DNA from: an uncultured Bacteroidales bacterium
GTDB lineage: Bacteria; Bacteroidota; Bacteroidia; Bacteroidales; JAKIYJ01
DNA length: 64,000 bases
NCBI GenBank assembly: GCA_964504265.1
Contig: CAZDEU010000002.1
Location: forward strand, 22,473 to 86,472
Direction: 5' to 3'
Shown in pieces: positions 23,726 through 33,037 of this stretch. The translations under genes and the position numbers were made by a program. How positions within the stretch are numbered: the stretch's first letter is position 1; every line of letters begins with the position of its first letter. Under the pieces are notes generated by a model. That model did not search any database and was not told the origin of the DNA. It saw only the letters and a program-made list of their open reading frames with translations.

Positions 23726-25179
23726 ATAATAACTGGTTTATAAGGTTTAAATTTTGTTGCATTAATTAATTTAAAATGTGGTTGAGGTTTCCAATTATTG
23801 AAAATATAATCTGTATAACGTATTACATTATATCCCATATATTCAGCACTCATCATACTTTCTTCACCCTTTATCCATGCATAACCAACCAAACCTCTTC
23901 TATCTCTTTCTTCTTTTGATAAATTATAAACAGTTTCAATAGCATTTGCTACATCATTAATACTGCATCTATCATCATAAATATATGGAGTTGGCACAGA
24001 TCCTTGCAATGATATTGATGCTGGAAATATTGGTATTGCCCATTCACCACAATTTTTATATTTACCTTCATGATTACTAGGGAATGATTCATCAAATTCT
24101 ATCCATTTGTTTTGATTATCATTAAATCTGCATTGGTCTTGTAATCCACCAGTAACATTATTTATAATCATTGTTCCAGCTGATAAACTTTCCATACTAG
24201 AAAGACCGAATCCTTCGTTAGAAGCTATATTTATAGTTGCATCAGCAATATTGTAATACAAATTCATATCATTGTCGCTAATTATACTGCTAATTAACAT
24301 TATTTTGCATTCTGAAGCTAGATCTGTTATTAAGCTTAATAAATTAGTACCATTTTCATCAACTGCTGGTGTATGCATTATAAGAATACATTTGTCTCTT
24401 TTTTCAGCCGGAATTTTCTTTAAAAATCTTTTAAATGCTAATATTACATCACCCGGCATTTTTCTTCGTATGTTACGATTATTCCAAAATAATATAAATT
24501 CAGAATCAATTTCATTTTGTTTTTTAAATGCTAATTTTTCTTCATTACTAACGGGAAAATATAATTTGCTATTTGCCCCATGCGGTACATAAGCCAAATT
24601 TACTTTATCAGTATTATATTCAAAATCAAAATTAGTAGATATATCAGTATATGATTTATTTCCTAAAACATTTTTAACTAATGCATGCGTTTGGCGACTT
24701 ATATTCATTATTAAATCACATGCACGATATGAATCTCTATTGTATAACGGAGCAGGAGGGCAATCCCAAATGTTGTAATATAAAATTGGAATGTTTTGCC
24801 TTATTTCATGTGACATATTATATAACCATTGCCATTGTCTTGGGTCTGTAAAATGTAGTATTGCATCAGGTTTTTCAATATTTATTAAAGTTCTTAATAA
24901 ATCAGGAGTACCGTAATTATCATGAGGATATAATTTTACATCAGCCTTTTCTATACCAGCTGCTTCTGCAACATCTTGACTCATATCATATACTTTACCT
25001 TTATCAGGATGACCAATAGCTGCGCCAACTTGTACCCAATTAAAATAATGTGCTGTATTAATTATAATTTGTTTTGACATTGTTCCGACACCTGATGGTA
25101 GACGCATGTCATCACTTAAAAATAATATTTTTTTTCTTTGTTCTATTGGAACTATGCCAGTAACTTGTTTAACATCCAT
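23719..25179 (-). CDS. group 1 glycosyltransferase (GT-B)
   Basis: SNEGFGLSSMESLSAGTMIIN is the classic GT1/GT4 motif. Confidence 0.8.
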   Translation of the reverse strand: MDVKQVTGIVPIEQRKKILFLSDDMRLPSGVGTMSKQIIINTAHYFNWVQVGAAIGHPDKGKVYDMSQDVAEAAGIEKADVKLYPHDNYGTPDLLRTLINIEKPDAILHFTDPRQWQWLYNMSHEIRQNIPILYYNIWDCPPAPLYNRDSYRACDLIMNISRQTHALVKNVLGNKSYTDISTNFDFEYNTDKVNLAYVPHGANSKLYFPVSNEEKLAFKKQNEIDSEFILFWNNRNIRRKMPGDVILAFKRFLKKIPAEKRDKCILIMHTPAVDENGTNLLSLITDLASECKIMLISSIISDNDMNLYYNIADATINIASNEGFGLSSMESLSAGTMIINNVTGGLQDQCRFNDNQNKWIEFDESFPSNHEGKYKNCGEWAIPIFPASISLQGSVPTPYIYDDRCSINDVANAIETVYNLSKEERDRRGLVGYAWIKGEESMMSAEYMGYNVIRYTDYIFNNWKPQPHFKLINATKFKPYKPVIIC

Positions 25180-25525
25180 ATTGTAATATTTTTTTTGCTG
25201 TATGATTATGAATTATTGTTGGTATATCTTTATCAATTTCAATTGAAGCTAAATAATCATTTTTAAATAATTTTAATTCACTTAATTTTGTAAAAGCTAT
25301 AATGCATTCTAATTGTTTGTTTACAATATCAAAATCTTTTACATATAGAAATACCAACATAATATCACCTTTTTTAATTGTATTATTAAAAAATGATACA
25401 TCTGGTAACTTCTGCAAGTGTGCATCTGTTAATTTAAATTGTTTTTTTAATTGATTTAAAAAGTAAATTGTTTTAAGATTGCTTTTAGTAGCAACTTCAT
25501 AACTTTTTTCGAATATTTTTGCCAT
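25169..25525 (-). CDS. hypothetical protein (118 aa)
   Basis: ORF. It is the first gene of this minus-strand run after the 25.5-25.9 kb gap. Confidence 0.55.
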   Translation of the reverse strand: MAKIFEKSYEVATKSNLKTIYFLNQLKKQFKLTDAHLQKLPDVSFFNNTIKKGDIMLVFLYVKDFDIVNKQLECIIAFTKLSELKLFKNDYLASIEIDKDIPTIIHNHTAKKILQYGC

Positions 25526-25569
25526 TAAAATAAAACTTTGCTATAAGTATTTAAATTTTATCAAAACTA

Positions 25570-25746
25570 TCATTTTCTAAAAATAAATTTATCAGCGTAC
25601 CAATAAATACACCCGCCAACAAACTGCATTACTATTGTTGATACCCAAATCGGCCAATGCCAATTGTCAATAAATAAATATAAAAGTGGTGTGCATATAA
25701 CGAAACCAGATTGCCATCTTAAATGATACAATAAATATTTCTTCAT
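25570..25746 (-). CDS. small membrane protein (58 aa, not in ORF track)
   Basis: MKKYLLYHLRWQSGFVICTPLLYLFIDNWHWPIWVSTIVMQFVGGCIYWYADKFIFRK. Confidence 0.45.
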   Translation of the reverse strand: MKKYLLYHLRWQSGFVICTPLLYLFIDNWHWPIWVSTIVMQFVGGCIYWYADKFIFRK

Positions 25747-25760
25747 AACTTTATTATTTT

Positions 25761-25919
25761 TTAGTAATTTTCAAATTCTTGGCTAAAACACAATGCTTTA
25801 TGATCTTCTATATATTCTTTTAATATATACTTACCGCAATACAGACATCGTTCACACGTGCATCCTTTCTTTTTACCAGTTATATTGCAATCACAAAATT
25901 CTGAATCTATAATGTCCAT
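25761..25919 (-). CDS. small Cys-rich protein (52 aa, not in ORF track)
   Basis: MDIIDSEFCDCNITGKKKGCTCERCLYCGKYILKEYIEDHKALCFSQEFENY. Confidence 0.45.
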   Translation of the reverse strand: MDIIDSEFCDCNITGKKKGCTCERCLYCGKYILKEYIEDHKALCFSQEFENY

Positions 25920-25924
25920 TTTAA

Positions 25925-27322
25925 TTAAATTATAATGTGTAAGTTATTACGCGGTCTTGTTGTTGCTGTATAGAATATCTGGTTTGATTCTTTTTGTTTT
26001 CTATTTGATTGAATATCATTCCAAATTACAATTGCATTATCATATGTGCTACCCTGGCTTTTGTGGCAAGTAATACAATAATTATAATTAACATCAGCAA
26101 ATTGCTCTTGAAAATGATAATATTCTTTCCACTTTTTAGTTGCATTAAATGAGCCTTGCCGTTCTCTTAATGCTTCTTTTTTTAAAATTTCTATAAATTC
26201 ATTATATTTTTTTGCACTTGATTCATGAATTATTTTTAATTTTGTTTCTAATTCAGCACCAAAGAATGATTCATATACAACAGTTGCATTATATACAGTT
26301 AATTTATTTCCTTTGAAATTAACATACTCATCATTTATAGTATATTTACTAACTTCAACTTCATCATTTGTATTAAGTATTGTTTGTTTTGATTTCTTGT
26401 CAATAATAGGACGATTTAATATTAACTTTTCATTTTTAGTTATTTTACTATTAATATCACCATATGTAATGTATCTTATTATTTCATTATATCTATCTAC
26501 TTCGTTATTAGTCCATGCAAGAACTTTAGCATAATCTGAATCTTTTTTAAACTTTGCTGAATTAAAATATATGTCTAGTAATTTAGCAACACTTTCTAAA
26601 TTTTCATCACTTCTATTTCTTATAAATTCAACATTACCAATAGCACTATTTAAATTGCTAATTGTTTGTGGAATTACAATTTGACCATCAACACGATTTC
26701 TTACCCAATGTGCAAAATCTATAATAGGATTGCCTTCATTTTGCCTAACAATCTTATTTAATTGAACAGTTTCAATTCCATATTTTTTTTGTGATTGTTC
26801 ATCAAATGGAATAGATGATGTATGGTTGATTGGCGGAATTTGCGCTGAGTCTCCAACAAATAATAATTTTAATCCATATCCTTGCACGTAATCAAGTAAC
26901 ATTCTAAAAATGTTATCATCTAACATAGAAGCTTCATCTAATATCAAATAACGATAATTTTCAAGATTACATTTAGAACCAGGAATTCTTGTAAACGTTT
27001 GTTTGCCAAACCCATCTATATTTTCACGTAACCCAAGTATACTATGAATTGTAGAATATTGTAACTTTGTATCTCTTATTCCGCAAGCATTTCTTAATAT
27101 TTTCACAGATTTATTAGTAGGACCGCAAAAGGCAATTTGTTGATTTTTATCTAACAAATATTGTACTATTTTTGATACAACATACGTTTTTCCAGTTCCT
27201 GCTGCACCATTTAATAAGAACATTCCTTTATGTTGACCTTCAAAGAAATCCGCAATTAATTTTGCAGCTTCATATTGGTCTTCGTTGAAATCATATTTTA
27301 TGCGTAATTCTTCAATCGTCAT
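25925..27322 (-). CDS. SF1 RecD/Dda-like DNA helicase
   Basis: Walker A GAAGTGKT, Walker B YLILDEASM, and the C-terminal motif ITCHKSQGSTYD. Confidence 0.85.
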   Translation of the reverse strand: MTIEELRIKYDFNEDQYEAAKLIADFFEGQHKGMFLLNGAAGTGKTYVVSKIVQYLLDKNQQIAFCGPTNKSVKILRNACGIRDTKLQYSTIHSILGLRENIDGFGKQTFTRIPGSKCNLENYRYLILDEASMLDDNIFRMLLDYVQGYGLKLLFVGDSAQIPPINHTSSIPFDEQSQKKYGIETVQLNKIVRQNEGNPIIDFAHWVRNRVDGQIVIPQTISNLNSAIGNVEFIRNRSDENLESVAKLLDIYFNSAKFKKDSDYAKVLAWTNNEVDRYNEIIRYITYGDINSKITKNEKLILNRPIIDKKSKQTILNTNDEVEVSKYTINDEYVNFKGNKLTVYNATVVYESFFGAELETKLKIIHESSAKKYNEFIEILKKEALRERQGSFNATKKWKEYYHFQEQFADVNYNYCITCHKSQGSTYDNAIVIWNDIQSNRKQKESNQIFYTATTRPRNNLHIII

Positions 27323-27347
27323 TTATTATGCTATTTTATTATTAAAT

Positions 27348-28559
27348 TTATAAAGAATTAATCTTTATTGGATTAAGCACTAATCCTATATCGGTTGGCA
27401 CGTATGCATCACCGAATTCTTTTCTTCCAATGTTGAGACTACCGTTAATGTCTGCGTTAATTAATAAATTTTTTGAAGTTTTAAATAATCCTCTTTTAAT
27501 GCGATTACCTAAATAATTTTCATGTTTACAAATTTTTTCATTATCTAAAGCAGAACACTTCGAAGTGTAATTTTCAGTTATAACTTTGCAATTAATTCCT
27601 TCCAATTTACATTTATACTCTATCATTTTGATAAATGTTAAATGCGGAATACTTACAAATTGCTGGTTATTTCTCTTTCCTAAATTTACTTCTTGCTTCC
27701 ATTCAGGGTTATAACCTACTACTAAACTACTTACATTATTTTTTGCTAAATAATTGACTATAATTCTGGAAGATTTATGAAGATAGTCTTTGATTTTGTT
27801 ATTTCGCTTTGTTGTAAAGTTTGTAAGTTTTTTACTTGTTTTCTTTTTGTGATTTTTTTCTAAACTACATTGTATTTTTGCTTTATGTTTATTATAATAT
27901 TGATTAATTGATTTTAATGGTTTGCCATTAATTATTATTGCATTATTGTTATTAAATGTAAGAGTTGCCAAATTATTAATACCTAAATCTATTGCTGAAT
28001 AATTATTGTTTGTAATTAATTCTTTTTCAGGAACTTCATATACAACTTCTATAGTGTAGTTGCCAGATTTAGGAATAATTCTAACTTCTTTTATTTTTGT
28101 TGTTATGTTTGTTTTTATTGGTTGTAGATTAGTTTTTTTTGGAAAATGAACAAACCCATTTTTTAAAATTTTAGTATTAAATCCTGAAAAAATTAGAATA
28201 TTTCTGCCTTTTAATTTATCTTTATATTTTGGAAATTTTGGACAACCATTTAACGATGTTTTATCCTTTTTATATTTTTTTATTAATGCAAAGAATGATT
28301 TAATATTATGATCTAATAATAATAAAATTTGTTGAGAAACTTGTGAATTTAGTTTTCTATAATCATTAAATTGTTCTTCTTTATTTTTCAGTATTTTTTC
28401 AATTGCATGATATCTTAAAGTTTTGCCAGTTAATAAATAATGTTGCTTTATTTCATATAAAGCTTGATTATAAAGATTTTTAGATAGAAAGCATAATGCA
28501 TCAATTTGTTTCCAAGATTGGTGATGTTTTGATATATTGTGTTGTTCTACTAAAATCAT
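27348..28559 (-). CDS. tnpB: TnpB-like RNA-guided nuclease (IS200/IS605 OrfB, IS1341-type; no tnpA)
   Basis: RuvC-I SAIDLGINNLATL; VVGYNPEWKQEVNLGKRNNQQF; ENYTSKCSALDNE; and GNRIKRGLFKTSKNLLINADINGSLNIGRK, the characteristic C-terminal RuvC-III block. The canonical CxxC pairs of the Zn finger are not present. Confidence 0.85.
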   Translation of the reverse strand: MILVEQHNISKHHQSWKQIDALCFLSKNLYNQALYEIKQHYLLTGKTLRYHAIEKILKNKEEQFNDYRKLNSQVSQQILLLLDHNIKSFFALIKKYKKDKTSLNGCPKFPKYKDKLKGRNILIFSGFNTKILKNGFVHFPKKTNLQPIKTNITTKIKEVRIIPKSGNYTIEVVYEVPEKELITNNNYSAIDLGINNLATLTFNNNNAIIINGKPLKSINQYYNKHKAKIQCSLEKNHKKKTSKKLTNFTTKRNNKIKDYLHKSSRIIVNYLAKNNVSSLVVGYNPEWKQEVNLGKRNNQQFVSIPHLTFIKMIEYKCKLEGINCKVITENYTSKCSALDNEKICKHENYLGNRIKRGLFKTSKNLLINADINGSLNIGRKEFGDAYVPTDIGLVLNPIKINSL

Positions 28560-28580
28560 ACTTATATATAATTTTTATTT

Positions 28581-28598
28581 ACATATAAGTATGTATTT
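28581..28598 (-). promoter_or_regulatory. conserved upstream motif (minus strand AAATACATACTTATATGT); candidate middle/late promoter
   Basis: 22 nt upstream of the tnpB ATG. Member of the ACATAYWTAT family (see finding). A second copy lies at 28692-28706. Confidence 0.4.
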
Positions 28599-28720
28599 AA
28601 ATAAAATTTTATAATAAATTTTGAAAACAATTATATACAAGAATTATTACAATATTTATATATTTTTGCAATTATTTTTATTAATAATCCAAGATAAGTA
28701 TATCACAAAAGTGAATTCAA

Positions 28721-28753
28721 TAAAAAACCCATGCAAATAGGATCACATGGGTT
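28721..28753 (-). terminator. intrinsic terminator (minus strand)
   Basis: AACCCATG (28726-28733) / CATGGGTT (28746-28753) stem, followed on the minus strand by TTTTTT. Lies downstream of stop 28782. Confidence 0.7.
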
Positions 28754-28781
28754 AAAGAATATTTGACTTCTTTTTGCTATT

Positions 28782-28970
28782 TTATTTATTTTTTAATAAT
28801 TCATTTCCTTTTGCTGTTGTATAATAGCTATAACCATGACCAGAATGATATTTTTCTCTAATATAGCCATTTTTAATAAGTTCATCTAAAATTTTATCCG
28901 GTATTTTATTAAGAACATCATGTTTTGCAAAAATATCAATTGTGCTTTTTGATGCATCATATCCTATCAA
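28782..28970 (-). CDS. hypothetical protein, possibly winged-helix (62 aa; TTG start in track, start uncertain)
   Basis: LIKNGYIREKY...YYTTAKGNELL resembles a wHTH wing. Confidence 0.4.
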   Translation of the reverse strand: MIGYDASKSTIDIFAKHDVLNKIPDKILDELIKNGYIREKYHSGHGYSYYTTAKGNELLKNK

Positions 28971-29133
28971 CCTTTTTAATTTTTGCAGCTTTATAAAAAT
29001 TTTTAAGCCAATTTAGTGATGTTGATGATAATGAAGATTCTTTAATTATATCAATTAATTTTATCATTATTTTCATTTATTTTTTGAATTTCTTCTTTAA
29101 TAATTTGTATTAGTTCTGATTTTTTCATTATTT

Positions 29134-29451
29134 TTATTTATTTTTAATAATACTCATAAAATCATGAGCATCTGCATGATTCATATGGTAATCATGTTTT
29201 GCAAAATTTTTATCTTCGAATTCTTTTTGTTTTTGTCTATGAAATTTTGCAGCATCTTTATGATCTTTCGAAGTATAATCTTTATGATTACTTTTAAAAC
29301 TACTAGTTGGATTTAAACCACCTCTATCATAATTAGCTATAGCATTACCACCATATATGGCTTTTCCTGATTTGGTGTGGCCAATTACTTTTCCGCCGCG
29401 GCTACCTTCGCCTGTTTTAGCTTCTTTAATTATATCAATTAATTTTATCAT
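29134..29451 (-). CDS. hypothetical basic/His-rich protein (105 aa)
   Basis: ORF. Its first 10 codons and 5 upstream nt are duplicated exactly at 29038-29072. Confidence 0.55.
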   Translation of the reverse strand: MIKLIDIIKEAKTGEGSRGGKVIGHTKSGKAIYGGNAIANYDRGGLNPTSSFKSNHKDYTSKDHKDAAKFHRQKQKEFEDKNFAKHDYHMNHADAHDFMSIIKNK

Positions 29452-29834
29452 TATTTAACAGTAAATTTATTAAGTGTTCTTGATGATATTTTATCTATAT
29501 TATACCCCAGCAATACTGAAATAGGATAAATACCCATTGATAGAATATCAAATCCTGCTAAAGTAAAGTTTAATCCAGCATCTTTATAAAATCTCAACCA
29601 TAAAAAAGTTACAATTGCATTTATCAATAATGTAATAAATTTATTTACAACATTATTTCTCCACCAGTAACTCCAAGAAAATTTATGAGGACTTTTCTTG
29701 CTATTAACAATTCCTTCTCTAGTATTTTTTGCCCAAAATAAAACTGCACCAATGATGCTAAATATATAGCATACGATAAGTGTTGTAGTTGTTAAATTTT
29801 GTCCTAATAATTCATGAATAATTGTAGTTTTCAT
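29451..29834 (-). CDS. membrane protein (127 aa, 3-4 TM segments)
   Basis: Hydrophobic segments LIVCYIFSIIGAVLFWA, FITLLINAIVTFLWL and ILSMGIYPISVLLGY. Confidence 0.6.
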   Translation of the reverse strand: MKTTIIHELLGQNLTTTTLIVCYIFSIIGAVLFWAKNTREGIVNSKKSPHKFSWSYWWRNNVVNKFITLLINAIVTFLWLRFYKDAGLNFTLAGFDILSMGIYPISVLLGYNIDKISSRTLNKFTVK

Positions 29835-29942
29835 CTTAAAGAGCTTTTAAGATAAATATGCAATTAATTAAAAATCATTATTTATTTGTAAAATTTTTTA
29901 ATTAATTTAGCTGTTTCAAATGTTATTATTTCATCAATCATG

Positions 29943-30464
29943 TTAAATAATTTTAAACATTTTATCTTGCATTACAGGCCACCAATATCTACCACCATTA
30001 TAATTTTCATCTTCTGGGAATTTTGGTAAATAAAATTCTCTATTCTTTTCAATTAGTCTAGCACGATGTGACCTATGGAAATTTTCATTATCTAACCAAA
30101 AAGGAAAAGGATAATTATTTGCATTATACCTGTAATCTTCCCATTTTATAAAGTTTAGTATTTCGCCATCACCATCTATAAATTCCGGATTTGAAAATGT
30201 ACAATATTGGTAATGCAACGTTGTATTTATTTTATGTACTTTTTTGCAATGTAAAAGAAACATATTATAATAATGTTTAAGCAAATCCTCATAACCAACC
30301 CACATTTGAACTGCAGGATGATTTATATAACGATGTGACTTACTTGTTACATCTGTTAAGCATTCGATAATTTGTTTTGCTTCTACGACTTGTTTCCAGC
30401 AACGTTTTTTGTCTAAAACTTGCGCTGATAGTTGGAAGCTGCTGTAGGGAAGGAATGTCTGCAT
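29943..30464 (-). CDS. hypothetical protein; MQTFLPY...HPAVQMW family (often annotated pyrimidine-dimer DNA glycosylase-like)
   Basis: N-terminal MQTFLPYSSFQLSAQVLDKKRCWKQVVEAKQI and NHPAVQMW were recognised from memory only. Confidence 0.35.
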   Translation of the reverse strand: MQTFLPYSSFQLSAQVLDKKRCWKQVVEAKQIIECLTDVTSKSHRYINHPAVQMWVGYEDLLKHYYNMFLLHCKKVHKINTTLHYQYCTFSNPEFIDGDGEILNFIKWEDYRYNANNYPFPFWLDNENFHRSHRARLIEKNREFYLPKFPEDENYNGGRYWWPVMQDKMFKII

Positions 30465-30466
30465 TT

Positions 30467-30646
30467 TTAAATTTTAATTAATTGGTAATAAAATCTTTTA
30501 GTTATTTCATTATTTTTACTATGTATTGCAGCCATTTTATCATTCATTTTGGTAATTTCACCAATTACGAATTCTTTATAATTTCTACGCATATATACAA
30601 CTTTATCACCAATATTCAATTCGTTACCCAAAAAATCTGTTTTCAT
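30467..30646 (-). CDS. hypothetical protein (59 aa, not in ORF track)
   Basis: MKTDFLGNELNIGDKVVYMRRNYKEFVIGEITKMNDKMAAIHSKNNEITKRFYYQLIKI. Confidence 0.45.
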   Translation of the reverse strand: MKTDFLGNELNIGDKVVYMRRNYKEFVIGEITKMNDKMAAIHSKNNEITKRFYYQLIKI

Positions 30647-30713
30647 ATGATTTTAATTTAAAGAACAAATGTAAGAAATATTTTTCAAATTTCAAAGAAA
30701 ATAATGATTTAAA

Positions 30714-30739
30714 TGAAAAAGGTGCAATTTCTGCACCTT
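30714..30739 (-). terminator. intrinsic terminator (minus strand)
   Basis: AAGGTGCA (30719-30726) / TGCACCTT (30732-30739) stem, followed on the minus strand by TTTTTCATT. Confidence 0.65.
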
Positions 30740-30744
30740 TAAAA

Positions 30745-30972
30745 TTATTTTGGTATTGATTCTTCTAAAACTTCACCGCATTGCCCGCATTCAAACACTT
30801 GCACTGGTAATATTGATTCTTTACCAGCTAATAATGCTGATACTTTCCTCAATAAAAATACAGTTATAAATCTATCGTGCCCACATGCTTTACATACAAT
30901 TGGGGTTGTTTCGTCTAATGAAATATTAAAATTCTTGTTGTCCATATATGTCTTCTTTTTTATTTTTATCAA
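30745..30972 (-). CDS. zinc-ribbon protein (75 aa)
   Basis: CKACGH ... CGQCGE. Overlaps the GroEL 3' end. Confidence 0.5.
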   Translation of the reverse strand: MIKIKKKTYMDNKNFNISLDETTPIVCKACGHDRFITVFLLRKVSALLAGKESILPVQVFECGQCGEVLEESIPK

Positions 30973-32566
30973 TTATGTTTGTAATAACTGCTTCTGTTGT
31001 AAGTAACATACCAGCTGCACTAGCTGCTTTTTGTAATGCTGTTTTTATTACTTTTGTTGGATCAATAATACCTGCTTCATACATATCTACTTTAACATTA
31101 TTTCTAATATCATGACCAATTTGAAATTCAGTATTTTTTAAATCAGGAATTACATCATAATCATTATAACCAGCATTTGAAATAAGTTTCATGAATGGTT
31201 TTTTAATTGAATCTAATACAATATTATAACCAATTTGATTATCTTTTGTCATACTAATAGAAGTAGTTGCTGGTGATTCTTGTATCAATTTAGAAATCTT
31301 ATATAAAGCAATTCCTCCGCCTGGTAATATTCCTTCTTCAAGTGCTGCTCTAGTAGCATGTAATGCATCATCAACACGGTCTTTCTTTTCTTTTAATTCA
31401 ATTTCAGTTTCAGCACCAATATTAAGAATAGCAACTCCTCCAGCTAATTTAGCAAGTCTTTCTTGCATACGTTCTTTATCATATGCGGAGTCTGCTATAT
31501 CAATTGCTGATTTAATTTCATTAATTCTTTCAGCAATTTTTTCTGTATCGCCTGCGCCACTGATAATAGTAGTTTCTTTTGAATTAACTACAACACGTTT
31601 AGCTTGACCAAACATATCAACTGTTACTTTATCAAGTGTATGGCCTTTTTCTGGTGATATTACTGTGCCATTTGTAACAACTGCTATATCTTCTAATATT
31701 GCAGCACGTCTATTTCCAAAATCTGGTGCCTTTACTGCACAAACAGCTAAAGTTCCTCTCATTTTGTTAACAACTAATCCAGCAAGAGCTTCCCCATCTA
31801 CATCTTCAGCAATAATCAACAAAGGTTTATTTTTAGTAATTACTTGCTCAAGCACTTTAATAAATTCTTTTGTCATTGAATTTAATTTGTGATTGAATAT
31901 GAAAATATATGGATCTTTCATTTCAACTTGCATTTCATTATTATTAGTAATAAAATAAGGTGATAAATATCCACGTTCAAATTGCATACCTTCAACTACT
32001 TCTAATGTAGTTTCGTTACGTTTGCTTTCTTCAACCGTTATAACTCCATCAAGACCAACTTTTTCCATTGCTGATGCAATTAGTTTACCAATTTCAACAT
32101 CATTGTTTGCTGAAACAGTTCCTACTTGAATGATTTCATCAGTTGTTTTAATATCCTTTTTATGTGATTTTAATTCAGCAATTACATCTTTAACTGCCAT
32201 ATCAATACCACGTTTAATCTCTATTGGATTACATTTAAGTTGGTTGATATTATATAATGCTTGATCAAATATTTCATGGGCAAGAATAGTTGCTGTTGTA
32301 GTACCATCACCAGCTACATCACCAGTTTGAATTGCTGCTTCTTTAATTATTTCGCAACCCATATTTTCAACAGGATCCTGTAATGTTATTGATTTAGCAA
32401 CTGTTACACCATCTTTTGTGATACTAGGTTTGTGATATTCATTTTCAATAAGTACATTACGACCCCCAGGCCCCAATGTAGCACTCACAGCATCATATAA
32501 CTTATCTGCACCAGCTTTTAACTTATTTTTTGCATCTTCTTTAAAATGTAACTCTTTATTGTTCAT
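30926..32566 (-). CDS. groL: chaperonin GroEL (Cpn60)
   Basis: Full-length match to the GroEL pattern: [45 protein letters not shown] and ILPGGG. It has no GGM tail. Confidence 0.95.
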   Translation of the reverse strand: MNNKELHFKEDAKNKLKAGADKLYDAVSATLGPGGRNVLIENEYHKPSITKDGVTVAKSITLQDPVENMGCEIIKEAAIQTGDVAGDGTTTATILAHEIFDQALYNINQLKCNPIEIKRGIDMAVKDVIAELKSHKKDIKTTDEIIQVGTVSANNDVEIGKLIASAMEKVGLDGVITVEESKRNETTLEVVEGMQFERGYLSPYFITNNNEMQVEMKDPYIFIFNHKLNSMTKEFIKVLEQVITKNKPLLIIAEDVDGEALAGLVVNKMRGTLAVCAVKAPDFGNRRAAILEDIAVVTNGTVISPEKGHTLDKVTVDMFGQAKRVVVNSKETTIISGAGDTEKIAERINEIKSAIDIADSAYDKERMQERLAKLAGGVAILNIGAETEIELKEKKDRVDDALHATRAALEEGILPGGGIALYKISKLIQESPATTSISMTKDNQIGYNIVLDSIKKPFMKLISNAGYNDYDVIPDLKNTEFQIGHDIRNNVKVDMYEAGIIDPTKVIKTALQKAASAAGMLLTTEAVITNIIDKNKKEDIYGQQEF

Positions 32567-32568
32567 GT

Positions 32569-32865
32569 TTATTTATTAATAACTGTTAGTATATCGTTTT
32601 CTTTGCCAATAATGAATGTTTCGCCATCATGCTCAAATTTAAGCATTCCAAATTTAGGATATAATACTGTATCACCTACCTTTGTAAACAATGGATTTAT
32701 TTTTCCAGTTGTAAAATCCATATATCCCGGGCCAACCGCTATAACTTCACCAATAGTTGCTTCATTTTGAGCACTTTCTGGCAAAATAACTCCACCTGTA
32801 GAAACATCTTTTCTATCTTGCGGTTTAATTATAATTTTGTCAAGTATTGGGCTGAATTTATTCAT
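32569..32865 (-). CDS. groES: co-chaperonin GroES (Cpn10)
   Basis: 98 aa, with IIIKPQD...TGGVILPESA...GEVIAVGPG and LYPKFG...FIIGKENDILTVI. Confidence 0.9.
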   Translation of the reverse strand: MNKFSPILDKIIIKPQDRKDVSTGGVILPESAQNEATIGEVIAVGPGYMDFTTGKINPLFTKVGDTVLYPKFGMLKFEHDGETFIIGKENDILTVINK

Positions 32866-33037
32866 ATTTTATATTATCAAATTCGTTTCTAATTTCATTT
32901 GGCAATTCTTCTATAATCATTTCCCTAAGAAACGATGATACTGTTCGATGCTTTAATGCTGCAGTTGACAAAATAATATTGTACAATTCATCTTCAACAT
33001 GAACTTGTAATTTGTTGTTTTTTAATGTGTTACTCAT
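32858..33037 (-). CDS. ribbon-helix-helix (CopG/Arc-like) protein (59 aa, not in ORF track)
   Basis: KLQVHVEDELYNIILSTAALKHRTVSSFLREMIIEEL has a beta-alpha-alpha pattern. The start and stop overlap the neighbouring genes. Confidence 0.45.
   Translation of the reverse strand: MSNTLKNNKLQVHVEDELYNIILSTAALKHRTVSSFLREMIIEELPNEIRNEFDNIKYE

Noticed and set aside
27323-28760. A complete IS200/IS605 element with tnpA and defined LE/RE hairpins.
   Set aside because: No Y1-transposase ORF is present, and I could not define the subterminal hairpins or TAM with confidence by eye. Only the tnpB ORF is called.
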